A stretch of DNA of 64,000 nt from a bacterium (GTDB taxonomy: Bacteria > UBA10199 > 2-02-FULL-44-16 > JAAZCA01), in NCBI GenBank assembly GCA_963674695.2, contig CAXXGI010000003.1, positions 512,001 through 576,000 on the forward strand. The letters run 5' to 3'. The translations under genes and the position numbers were made by a program. Below are positions 47,878-56,751 of the stretch, piece after piece. The number at the start of each line of letters is the position of its first letter. The first letter of the stretch is position 1. The notes beneath the pieces are model-generated. The model ran no database searches, was not told the DNA's origin, and saw nothing but the letters and a program-made list of their open reading frames with translations.

Positions 47878-50800
47878 CTACTCCGCCAATTGTGAGCAGA
47901 TGAGTCCCGCCTTCTGAATGCTGTCGCATTCGCCGGGCAAGCAGTCGCGTCCCATCTCGGCCGGGGAGATCTCCGGATCCCAGAGACCGATCATGCCCAC
48001 CGCGACGGCCAGCGAGTCATCCGCGGGATTGTCATCGCCACGGCAGAGCATCGTGCGTCGGCTGCCCTTGTCGAAGCCATCGCCGAACATGCCGGTCCAG
48101 ACGTGGTGTTCGGTGTCGATCGTCCACGTCCAGCTCTCCGGAGCATCGTTCGGGTTCGCGATGATGAGCGGGCTGCACTCCACATCGTAGATGCGCATGA
48201 GATATTCGTAGTCCCGTTCCTGCTCCTTGCCCAGGATCAGTGGCGCAACCGCGGGGATAACGACCGCGACCATCGTGTTGAGGTCGTTTGGGGTACTATT
48301 GATATATGTCTTCTTCGTCGCACGGTAGGATCCTGTCACGACATGCCCCGGCGGACAGAGGTAACGACTCGGGGCGCCACCGAGTTTATCGAAATCGGCG
48401 TCGTTGAGGGCATCCTGGTGTGTGCCGTAGCCGTAGGCGCGTTCGGGCTGCTGGACGCCGTCCGGATCTTCGTCGAAGCGATAGAGATCGTCGAAGACGT
48501 CGGTGAACGGCTTGTAGATGGGGCGCAAGTATTGGATGGGGAGCGACAGATCCCAATCGGCAGGGAGTATGTCGATGTAATCGATTTCGCTTTCACCGTG
48601 ATTGTGGGATACGGATGGTTCTGCGATGTTGTCGAGGATCTCATCGAGGCTGAGCGTATAGGCGTCGACGTCATAATATGATTCCACGATCGACTGATTG
48701 AGCTCCTGCAGCGCCCTCTTCTTTCCCTCATCACCGCTGAAGTCGACGAAGTTGAACCACCCTTTCACCGTGCCCGCGCGCGCCTTCATCGTGTCCCATT
48801 CGTCGAAGTCCTCGGCCCGCTTCCAGGAGGCGTTGATATCGATCAGGCCGTCCTGGTCGGTGTCGGAGAGCTTGAGGGATTCGAGATAGTAATACCCAGA
48901 CGAAGCGGGGTGAGCGGCATTCTGCAGGACGGCCGCATACGAAGAGAAGTGATCGCGCGACATATCGATGCCTTCATCGAAGGCCTCGATCATCCAAGAC
49001 TTATATTCATCTCCTCGAATAGAGAGCATCACTTCGCCATGCAGAAGCGATTGGATCGACTCAGCGCAACCGGGCTCACCCGCGCACAGGGGATGATCTT
49101 CAGGATTACGCGCGAGGGCCTCGTCGTCGAACATGTTCCCGAGGATGCCGGAGAGGACCTCGCGGGGAAGATCGTTCATAAACAGGCTGTCATAGGGGGT
49201 ATAGAAATGCGCCGGCAGATTCCAGACGGTTCCAGATGCGCGAGCTCCACGCTCTGGCAGGACCGCAAACCCGGTCATGACGAGTCCCTCGTCGGCGATG
49301 TCGGCTTCACCCGCGGCATAGTCCGGCTTGTGGAGGCCATTGGTCGTGAGAAACTTGAGGCCATCCTTGCGTTTGAGCCCGTCCATGCGCATCGTCTGCG
49401 CATTGTCGAACTGATCGACGAGCTGGATGTTGGGGACGTATTGCTGAGCCAGTGAATCTCGAGATCCCCTGCTGCGAACGCCGATGACATCGCGTTCAGA
49501 ACCGATCGTGATCTTCGAGCAGCCCATCTTCCACCGGGTGCCCGTTTCTGTGTCGACATGCGTGCACTCGGAGGCAAGAAGGTGTTTCACCTTGTCATAG
49601 GTCCAATGGGCACAGATGGTGCCGTGACAGTCTTTCTTGCGCTCGTACATGATCGGTCCAGTCCTATCCTTGGGCATGAAGCCGCTCATCCACTCGCTTC
49701 CCGAGGCATCGCCCCAGGGGCCGATGAAGACGGAGACGGTCGCGATGGCCTCGGCTTCGCGTTTGGCGTTGGTCATATAGATCGGCCCATATCGGTTCAC
49801 CTGAATGCACTCGGCAAACATCGCCTTGACCGAACGCTCTTTGCAGGACGCTTTGATGAGATAGTTTCCGCTGTCATCGTATTGAACCGTTCCTTCATCG
49901 TCGAGTTCCATGCAATCCCCGCACTCGTCATCAATCCGATTTTGTGCATACTCCGACCGGGTGAACGCCGTATTGATGCGGTGCAGGATAAAGTCTTCGG
50001 GGCAAAGACGATCGACGGTTGCCTCATCGGCATAGGATGTCACCGTTCGAGACATCTTGGTGAAGGTCTCGCCGACGAACCCCTGCCCGCCCTTGAATTC
50101 ATGGCAGATGACGCCATGGATGCGGGGCGCGCTCGTGCCGGTGATGAGCCCCACGACATAGGCGTCGTCGTCGCCGCAGTCGAATTCCTCTTCTTCCTCT
50201 TCGTCGTCATCTGTAGTGGCGATGAGCTTGCCACGCAGCATGCGGTCGATGCTTCGCTCGAGCGTGATGTCGGCGCTATTGAAGGGACTATCGAAGATCT
50301 GGTACTCCGTGTGCGCATCGCTGCAAGCCACGTTCGTGCGGGCGATTCCAAGACGCGAATCCATCGCGTGGGCTCTCGTCCGTCGGTCGGTGACCGTCTT
50401 GAGGGCGGTGCTCAGATCCGTGCGCAGCGCCACGCATGTTGCCGCAGCTTCTTGTGTCTCGATTCGCTTTGTGGCGATGGCGAGCGTGAGTCCAGCGATC
50501 TCTTCACTCGTCTCCTTCGAGACCGGCAGCTGCATATAATTGATCATCGCGGCACGGGTGAGCGCATCCATGTCGTGATCGACGGATGGATCGACCTGCG
50601 CGACGTTGAGGGCAAAATTGATCTCGCCCTCAAGTCTGAGGCCTTCGATCGTGCCGGGAATGGGATCAAGACAGATCGCAACCTCCTGGCTGAATTCGCG
50701 TTGGAACGCATCAAAGGCGCGTTTGTCTTTGAGTGTGCGCCGTGACGTCCTCAGCTCGTCGTAGCTGGCGGCTGTGGCCAGATCACGAAGCTCGACGAGC

Positions 50801-51702
50801 AGCGCCTGGCTGGCGGGGAAACGCTTTTCATTGAGTTTTCCGAGCGACATCTTGCCCTGCGCGCTTTTGGCATGCGGATTGCCGGCGATGCAGAGATCGA
50901 GGATCGCCTTCTGGCAGCCATCGGCCATGTTCGCGAGCGTGGCATGCGTATCGGCATTGGCATAGGTCAGGATGCGGCGCTGCAACGCTTCGAGGGATGA
51001 CGTGATGTGCTGGCGCAGTCCTTGACAGGTCACGGCCGCTTCATGCGCTCCCATTCGTTTGGTGGCGACAGCCAGCGTGAGGCCTGCGACCTCTTCGCTG
51101 ACCTCCCGTGCGATGGGGAGCTGCATAAAGTTGATCATCGCCGCGCGCGTGAGCTCATCCATCGTGTCATTCTGCGTGGGGTCGGCCTGCACGACATTGA
51201 GGGCGAAGCGAATCTCGCCTTCGAGCGTGGCATTGGGGATCGTTCCGGGAATGCCGTTGAGACAGGAGGCGACGACGTTATCGCTGTCGTTCAGAAATGA
51301 TTCGATGCCACTCATGACGCGAATGTCGTGTTGCGCAGCACGCAGTTCGTCGAAGTGGATCTGCTCGGCGAGACGTCGCAGAGAGACGAGGAGATCCTGG
51401 CTCGAGGCGAAGCGCTGTTCATTGAGTGTACCCAGCGACATCCTGTCGAGGACGCCCGGAGCGCTCGGATCGCCGGCCATGCAACGGTTGCGCATCCCTT
51501 CCGCATCGACCTGGATGACATCGCTGTCACCGCGACGCAGCGGGTCGTCCGCAACGGCGGTGTCATTTCCGCCGACGATGATGCGCGTCTCTTTCGGGGG
51601 CGTGAACCCGGTAATGAGGGTCCCTCCTGCGGCGAGGCTTATGTTCGCACAGAGGGTGGTGGTGAAGATGGTGACGGCAGTGATAATGAGTGATCGACGC
51701 AT
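47878..51702 (-). CDS. Large secreted hypothetical protein with a ~197-aa tandem-duplicated domain
   Basis: Signal peptide, AGGAGG RBS. Two copies of C.AG.P...MSLG.LNE.RF...IPGTI...LEGEI.FALNV...LTRAAMIN.MQLP. Confidence 0.8.
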   Translation of the reverse strand: MRRSLIITAVTIFTTTLCANISLAAGGTLITGFTPPKETRIIVGGNDTAVADDPLRRGDSDVIQVDAEGMRNRCMAGDPSAPGVLDRMSLGTLNEQRFASSQDLLVSLRRLAEQIHFDELRAAQHDIRVMSGIESFLNDSDNVVASCLNGIPGTIPNATLEGEIRFALNVVQADPTQNDTMDELTRAAMINFMQLPIAREVSEEVAGLTLAVATKRMGAHEAAVTCQGLRQHITSSLEALQRRILTYANADTHATLANMADGCQKAILDLCIAGNPHAKSAQGKMSLGKLNEKRFPASQALLVELRDLATAASYDELRTSRRTLKDKRAFDAFQREFSQEVAICLDPIPGTIEGLRLEGEINFALNVAQVDPSVDHDMDALTRAAMINYMQLPVSKETSEEIAGLTLAIATKRIETQEAAATCVALRTDLSTALKTVTDRRTRAHAMDSRLGIARTNVACSDAHTEYQIFDSPFNSADITLERSIDRMLRGKLIATTDDDEEEEEEFDCGDDDAYVVGLITGTSAPRIHGVICHEFKGGQGFVGETFTKMSRTVTSYADEATVDRLCPEDFILHRINTAFTRSEYAQNRIDDECGDCMELDDEGTVQYDDSGNYLIKASCKERSVKAMFAECIQVNRYGPIYMTNAKREAEAIATVSVFIGPWGDASGSEWMSGFMPKDRTGPIMYERKKDCHGTICAHWTYDKVKHLLASECTHVDTETGTRWKMGCSKITIGSERDVIGVRSRGSRDSLAQQYVPNIQLVDQFDNAQTMRMDGLKRKDGLKFLTTNGLHKPDYAAGEADIADEGLVMTGFAVLPERGARASGTVWNLPAHFYTPYDSLFMNDLPREVLSGILGNMFDDEALARNPEDHPLCAGEPGCAESIQSLLHGEVMLSIRGDEYKSWMIEAFDEGIDMSRDHFSSYAAVLQNAAHPASSGYYYLESLKLSDTDQDGLIDINASWKRAEDFDEWDTMKARAGTVKGWFNFVDFSGDEGKKRALQELNQSIVESYYDVDAYTLSLDEILDNIAEPSVSHNHGESEIDYIDILPADWDLSLPIQYLRPIYKPFTDVFDDLYRFDEDPDGVQQPERAYGYGTHQDALNDADFDKLGGAPSRYLCPPGHVVTGSYRATKKTYINSTPNDLNTMVAVVIPAVAPLILGKEQERDYEYLMRIYDVECSPLIIANPNDAPESWTWTIDTEHHVWTGMFGDGFDKGSRRTMLCRGDDNPADDSLAVAVGMIGLWDPEISPAEMGRDCLPGECDSIQKAGLICSQLAE

Positions 51703-51723
51703 GGTGAACCTCCTGTGTAGGTG

Positions 51724-51752
51724 TTATCGGCAAGGGGGTATTGTGATGTTGT
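51724..51752 (-). promoter_or_regulatory. Sigma28-like promoter
   Basis: ACAACAT-N14-GCCGATAA. Confidence 0.6.
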
Positions 51753-51893
51753 GTGTGATTTGAAGCTAAATACGGTCAATTCTAATATGGTGTGTGGATG
51801 CGGTAGGTTGCGAGGATTGCGGCCGAAAGAAACCGTGGACAGCTGTGTACAAATATGCGCGCCATATAGCAGTGTCGGGCGGGAGGGTACGTC

Positions 51894-53135
51894 TCAATCG
51901 TCCAGATCGTCCGTCTGGCCAGGGCTCTCGAACTCATTCCATTCCGCATAGGCAGTGATGGCACGCGTACAGGCTGTTTTTGCCTGCTTGATGTCATTGG
52001 TGAGCGTGCTGGACGTGTATGTTCTCGTTACGGTCTCGATTTCACGAATCCTCTGGAGAAGGTCTGAACGATACGTGGTGCAGCCCTCGGCTGCCGACTT
52101 GAAATAGACGTAGGCCTCGGTTGCATCGGTTTGAACATCCGTTCTCGTATTGGTACAGAATGTTTCTGCGTTTGCCGCACAGGTGGTCTTCTGGCCCTTC
52201 ACATCTCTTTCCAGTGCCTTGAGGGCGTCGTATTCCTGATCGAGCGCATCCAGATAGGAACCCATCTCGTCACAGGAAGCGTTGCGCGATGGTTCGGGTG
52301 TCTGATCCACGTCCAGATCCATGGTGATGGGGGTTCCAGAAAAGACCGGCACCTTCTCTTCATCGGGGATGGCGACTGTCGAGAGATCGGTCCAGGGAGC
52401 CGGGGTGGGAGCGGAGGAGCACAGGACATTGATCCCGATCTTCATAAATGGACTCAGAAGTGCATCCGTTCCGTAGATAAATGAAGGCGTCAGACAGGCA
52501 TCGACGTGTTCTTTGTCAATTCCGCTTTCACGAAAATCGCCAAAAGCTGGTGCGCCCGTGAGTTGATCCTTCGCTTCAACATAGGCGGCCAGTTCAGTGC
52601 TTCTGAACGCAGCGCTCACAGCGGACTGTAGGTCAGTACAGGCCGATCTGAACGTCCTGGTGCGGAGTGTCTCGAGGGATTCATCCCGATCGTTCCCCTC
52701 TTCACATCGCGTGAGCTTCTCCCGCTCATCGATCGCCTCGTCGATATTGCTGCTGCCGATCGAACAGGCCCTGCTTCCGCACGCTGATGCGACCGGTTCA
52801 ATGAGCCCGCCCTCCTCGATCTTCGTGCGCTGGCGTTCGATGTCAGCGAGCGCATCCTCGATATCGTCGGTAATCCGTTCGCAGCTCAGCGTTTCACAGT
52901 CTGGGCCAACGCAGGCCCTATCATCGTCGTCGTCATCATCGCCGGAATTATGGCAAAGCGGGCCCGTGCAGACAAAATCATCGTCATCGCCTCTGTTGAT
53001 ATCGATTTGGGTGTTATCGTCATCGGGTACTGCGGCGGCAGAACCACTGCTCAGGTTGCAGGAAATCATTCCGGCCACCAAGACGCAGGCGACGAGGATC
53101 CCAAAGAGGCGAATGCCGTTCGAATCGTTTTTCAT
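51894..53135 (-). CDS. Putative Cys-containing lipoprotein
   Basis: MKNDSNGIRLFGILVACVLVAGMISC lipobox-like signal; acidic tether; helical body with paired Cys. Confidence 0.7.
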   Translation of the reverse strand: MKNDSNGIRLFGILVACVLVAGMISCNLSSGSAAAVPDDDNTQIDINRGDDDDFVCTGPLCHNSGDDDDDDDRACVGPDCETLSCERITDDIEDALADIERQRTKIEEGGLIEPVASACGSRACSIGSSNIDEAIDEREKLTRCEEGNDRDESLETLRTRTFRSACTDLQSAVSAAFRSTELAAYVEAKDQLTGAPAFGDFRESGIDKEHVDACLTPSFIYGTDALLSPFMKIGINVLCSSAPTPAPWTDLSTVAIPDEEKVPVFSGTPITMDLDVDQTPEPSRNASCDEMGSYLDALDQEYDALKALERDVKGQKTTCAANAETFCTNTRTDVQTDATEAYVYFKSAAEGCTTYRSDLLQRIREIETVTRTYTSSTLTNDIKQAKTACTRAITAYAEWNEFESPGQTDDLDD

Positions 53136-53209
53136 GGGCAACCCTTTCCGATACCATTCATGCCGCGTGTCGATGACACGCACGGCGAGACAGATCATTT
53201 CCATCGGTA

Positions 53210-53238
53210 TTATCGGGTGACGCTGCTGCTCATGTTGT
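53210..53238 (-). promoter_or_regulatory. Sigma28-like promoter
   Basis: ACAACAT-N14-CCCGATAA. Confidence 0.6.
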
Positions 53239-53347
53239 GTGGGAAAACGGAGAAAAAGCGGACGCTTTTAAATACGACTTCAATTGCGAGGAGATGGCAT
53301 GATGGTGCGAAGACAGAAACCGTTGACTGCGTGTGTACACGACTCCC

Positions 53348-53689
53348 TCAAAACCCCTTTTCGATCTTCAGACCGCGGATGAGCTCGTCGACCTCTTCAT
53401 CATAGGTGGCGTCGTCGAAGAGGAGTTCCTCGCTGCGTTCAGCGCCGGCGGCCTCGTCGACCGAGCGGACAAAATCGGGGGAACGCAGTTCCTTCTTGAT
53501 GATCTCGACATAGCGATCGGGGTGCTCGCGCATGACGCCTTCGATATAGCGGTTGAGCCGCTTGGCCTGGCGCTTGCGCTTCTCGTCGCGAAGGCGTTTC
53601 CAGTTTCGCAGATAGTGCAGCCGACAATATCCCTCGGTCGTGGCGGAATTGTGGCACCCTTCTTCTTTGCAAATTCTGATGCGGGCCAT
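53348..53689 (-). CDS. Hypothetical protein with N-terminal C-C-C-H Zn-binding motif
   Basis: CKEEGC...GYCRLHY, basic middle and acidic tail; host-like codon usage. Confidence 0.7.
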   Translation of the reverse strand: MARIRICKEEGCHNSATTEGYCRLHYLRNWKRLRDEKRKRQAKRLNRYIEGVMREHPDRYVEIIKKELRSPDFVRSVDEAAGAERSEELLFDDATYDEEVDELIRGLKIEKGF

Positions 53690-53704
53690 AAAAAATCCAT
53701 GTCT

Positions 53705-53777
53705 GGATCCCCGATTACCCCCTCCCGCCGGAGGCGGGCAAGCGGGGATGACAATCGAGGAGAACTCGGGGATGACA
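53705..53777. repeat. REP-like arm with nested CCCGCCGGAGGCGGG palindrome
   Basis: GGATCCCCGATT..CCTCCCGCCGGAGGCGGGCAAG-CGGGGATGACA, plus an extra GGGGATGACA. Confidence 0.8.
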
Positions 53778-53825
53778 ATTCACGATCACTGTTGAGCGTC
53801 TCCGTAACAGCCGGATGGGCTTGCG

Positions 53826-54074
53826 TCAAGGGAGTGCATCCGGGCGCTGCTCTGCCGCCCTCTTTTCCTGCTCCTTGGCTTGCTCCAGCGCCTGGCGAAA
53901 ATGCGCCTGGCGCGTTTCGATTGCCTCTCGTTCCTCTTCGATCTCTTCCCAGATCTCTGCGCGCATCGCCTCCGAGGTGCGCATGCGCTCATAGCGCCGA
54001 TCACGGATGCGGGTGACCACGAGCAGGCCGATAGCGATCAAAAAGAGAATGGCGGATATGATGTACCAGGCCAT
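53826..54074 (-). CDS. Small single-pass membrane protein with coiled coil
   Basis: MAWYIISAILFLIAIGLLVV TM followed by an E/R/Q-rich helix; GAGG RBS. Confidence 0.65.
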   Translation of the reverse strand: MAWYIISAILFLIAIGLLVVTRIRDRRYERMRTSEAMRAEIWEEIEEEREAIETRQAHFRQALEQAKEQEKRAAEQRPDALP

Positions 54075-54086
54075 AAACAATCCTCT

Positions 54087-54136
54087 GGATCCCCGATTCA
54101 ATCCCTCCCGCCGGAGGCGGGCGAGCGGGGATGACA
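54087..54136. repeat. REP-like arm with nested CCCGCCGGAGGCGGG palindrome
   Basis: Direct near-copy of 53705-53753. Confidence 0.8.
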
Positions 54137-54147
54137 AACAAAACGTC

Positions 54148-56751
54148 CTACGTCTCCACCGCTTCGAGGAGGTTGCGGCGCAGACCCTCGATGGCGTCTG
54201 CCGATTCCACCTTCGCCCCGTTGGCATCTCGAATATAGAAGACGTCGATCACGCGGTCAATATGTGTGGTGATGCGTGCACGGTCGATGGAAAAACCGCC
54301 CGCGTGGATGGCTTGGGCCATAGCATAGAGCAGCCCCAGACGATCGTCGGTTGAGATTTCCACGACGGTCTCCGTTGCGGAGACGTCGTTGTCGATGGCC
54401 ACCTTCGAGGGGCGATTGGTATTCGCCCAGGACAACAGACGCCGCTTGAAGCGCGTACCCACGATGCGCTCGATATCCATTTCACCGCCGATGACCGCCT
54501 GCAGTTCGGTGCGGATGCGTTGCCACCGTTCGGGGTCGACCAGCGGTTTGTGCAGCGGATCGGTGGCACGGAAGACGTCGACGGCCAGGCCATCCTCATT
54601 GGTGAACAGCTGTGCCTCGATGATATTCGCCCCATTGACGGTGAGCACGCCCGCGAGCATGGCAAAGAGTCCCGGTGCGTCGGCGGTGACGACCGTGAGT
54701 TCCGTGCAGCTGGCCTCGGGGAGATGCTCCCAGGTCGTGGCCACCTCACCGGGCGACTGGATCTGCTGCGCGAGCACCATATGTGCGGCAATGGTCTCCG
54801 GGCGTGTGGCGGCCAGATAGCGTTCCGGCAGCTTCGCGATGAAGGCGGTAACGTCCCGAGCATCGACATCGCGTCCAAGCCGTCGCTTCACCAGACGCAA
54901 ACGCTTGTCGCGGTCACGGGCAGTTCGCTCAGATCGGCTGCCAACGCCGGTCATGACCGCGTGGGTTGACTGGTAGAGGTCGGCCAAGAGCCCCCCCTTC
55001 CAGCTGCTCCAGATGTTTGGGCCCACCGCTCGAATATCGGCGACCGTGAGCAAGTAGAGCATGGCGAGGAGTTCCGGCGTTCGCATCGATTGCGAGAAAC
55101 GGGCGATCAGCTCCGGGTCGCGGATGTCGCGACGAAAGGCGAGTTTGGCCATGAGCAGGTGCGAGCGGACAAGAAAGACGACATCGCGTGTGTCTCGCTC
55201 GGAGAACCCAATTCGTGTGCAGATGTCCGCCGCAAGCTTTGCCCCCACGAGATGGTGTTTACCCTCGCGTCCTTTTCCCACATCGTGCAGGAGCGTGGCC
55301 AGCGCCAGGACGTGCTGCCGTTTGATGCGCCGGAGGGCGCAAAAAGGCACGGGCAGCTCTTTGCGTCCGATGGCGGCAAGTCGCGTGATCTCGCCGATCG
55401 CCTTGATCGAATGCACGCCTGCGGTGAAGAAGTGATAGCCGTCGTGCTGCACGCGGTAGAGCATGGGGGCCATCTCGGGAAACCAGCGCACAAGCGTTCC
55501 GCATTCGATCATGTCGGCGAGTGTCCGGTCGAGATGTTTGAGGTTTCCGAGAATGTCCTGCCAGATGGCGTGTGCCTCGGGCCGCTCGTCGTCGATCGAC
55601 CCGGTTCGCGCGGCTTCATGCACCAGTCGATCCTTCATGGCGGGGTCGAGCGCGAGCTCCGCACGTTTGGCGACCGCGAAGAGCCGAAGCTCGGTGAGCG
55701 GATCGTCGAGGGGTGTCCCTTCGTCGACCGCCAGGGTGCCATACTCGGTCTGCACCAGATGGCTTCCCATGCGGCGGCGTCCCCGAAGCCGTTTCCAGCG
55801 TGAAGAGGGGATGATCTCCCGTCGCAGTCGTTCGATGCCCCAGGCACAGATGCGGTGGACGGTCAGCGCATGTCGGTAATAGTCCGACATCAAGGCCTCG
55901 GTTGGACTGGCGGGCTCCACACCGCTGTAGCCCAGGCGCTGGGCGAGCTCTGCTTGGACGCCTTCCTCCAAACGATCGGCGCGCGTTCCCCGAATGAGAT
56001 GCAGCCCATGTCGAACGCGCCAGAGAAAACGCAGCGATGTGCTCAGTTCATCGCGTCCGCGCGCAGAGCGCAGCGCATGCGCGAGCACCTCGGATATCGT
56101 CGCGGGGTACTGCGTTGCGCCACCGATCCAGAGCAGGTCGTGATAATCGCGCAGCCCCCCCTCCCCCTCCTTGAGGTGCGGCTGCAGCAGGTAGATGGAA
56201 TCACCGAAGCGGGAGAAGCGTTGCTGCCGTTCATCGAGTTTGAGGGTGACATAGCGGCGGCGGTTTTTTTGATCGGAGAGATGGAGGTGCAAGAGCTTTT
56301 TCAAGCGCGAAAAGAGGGATTCATCGCCGAAGATCAGACGGGCCTCCATCATGGCGGTGAGCGCACGGACGTCCTCGCCGATGACCCGGCGACAGTCGGC
56401 GAGCGATCGGGTCGCTCCTCCCACCTCGATGCCGTTGTTCCAGAAGGGATAGAGCACGCCATCGGTGAACGCTTTGACCGCAGCATCGTCGGCTCCGTCA
56501 TGCAGGAAGAGCAGGTCGATATCGCAGTGCAGTCCCATCTCCTGCCGACCATAGCCGCCGAGTGCCAGGACGCAGAAACGCGGTTTCGTCTCGGACGATG
56601 CACAGAGGCCACGCACGATTTCATCGATGCGATCGCTACGCGCATGACAGAGTTCGATCGGATCGCCTTTTTGGGCAAACCCTTCCTCGAACGCGCTACG
56701 GTCGTGTTGCAATTGTTGGCGGACTGAGTCGGTCCGATCGCTGCTCGTCAT
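54148..56751 (-). CDS. glnD: [Protein-PII] uridylyltransferase
   Basis: ALGGYGR..DIDLL, KEGEGGLRD, LLHDVGK HD domain, two ACT domains. Confidence 0.95.
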   Translation of the reverse strand: MTSSDRTDSVRQQLQHDRSAFEEGFAQKGDPIELCHARSDRIDEIVRGLCASSETKPRFCVLALGGYGRQEMGLHCDIDLLFLHDGADDAAVKAFTDGVLYPFWNNGIEVGGATRSLADCRRVIGEDVRALTAMMEARLIFGDESLFSRLKKLLHLHLSDQKNRRRYVTLKLDERQQRFSRFGDSIYLLQPHLKEGEGGLRDYHDLLWIGGATQYPATISEVLAHALRSARGRDELSTSLRFLWRVRHGLHLIRGTRADRLEEGVQAELAQRLGYSGVEPASPTEALMSDYYRHALTVHRICAWGIERLRREIIPSSRWKRLRGRRRMGSHLVQTEYGTLAVDEGTPLDDPLTELRLFAVAKRAELALDPAMKDRLVHEAARTGSIDDERPEAHAIWQDILGNLKHLDRTLADMIECGTLVRWFPEMAPMLYRVQHDGYHFFTAGVHSIKAIGEITRLAAIGRKELPVPFCALRRIKRQHVLALATLLHDVGKGREGKHHLVGAKLAADICTRIGFSERDTRDVVFLVRSHLLMAKLAFRRDIRDPELIARFSQSMRTPELLAMLYLLTVADIRAVGPNIWSSWKGGLLADLYQSTHAVMTGVGSRSERTARDRDKRLRLVKRRLGRDVDARDVTAFIAKLPERYLAATRPETIAAHMVLAQQIQSPGEVATTWEHLPEASCTELTVVTADAPGLFAMLAGVLTVNGANIIEAQLFTNEDGLAVDVFRATDPLHKPLVDPERWQRIRTELQAVIGGEMDIERIVGTRFKRRLLSWANTNRPSKVAIDNDVSATETVVEISTDDRLGLLYAMAQAIHAGGFSIDRARITTHIDRVIDVFYIRDANGAKVESADAIEGLRRNLLEAVET

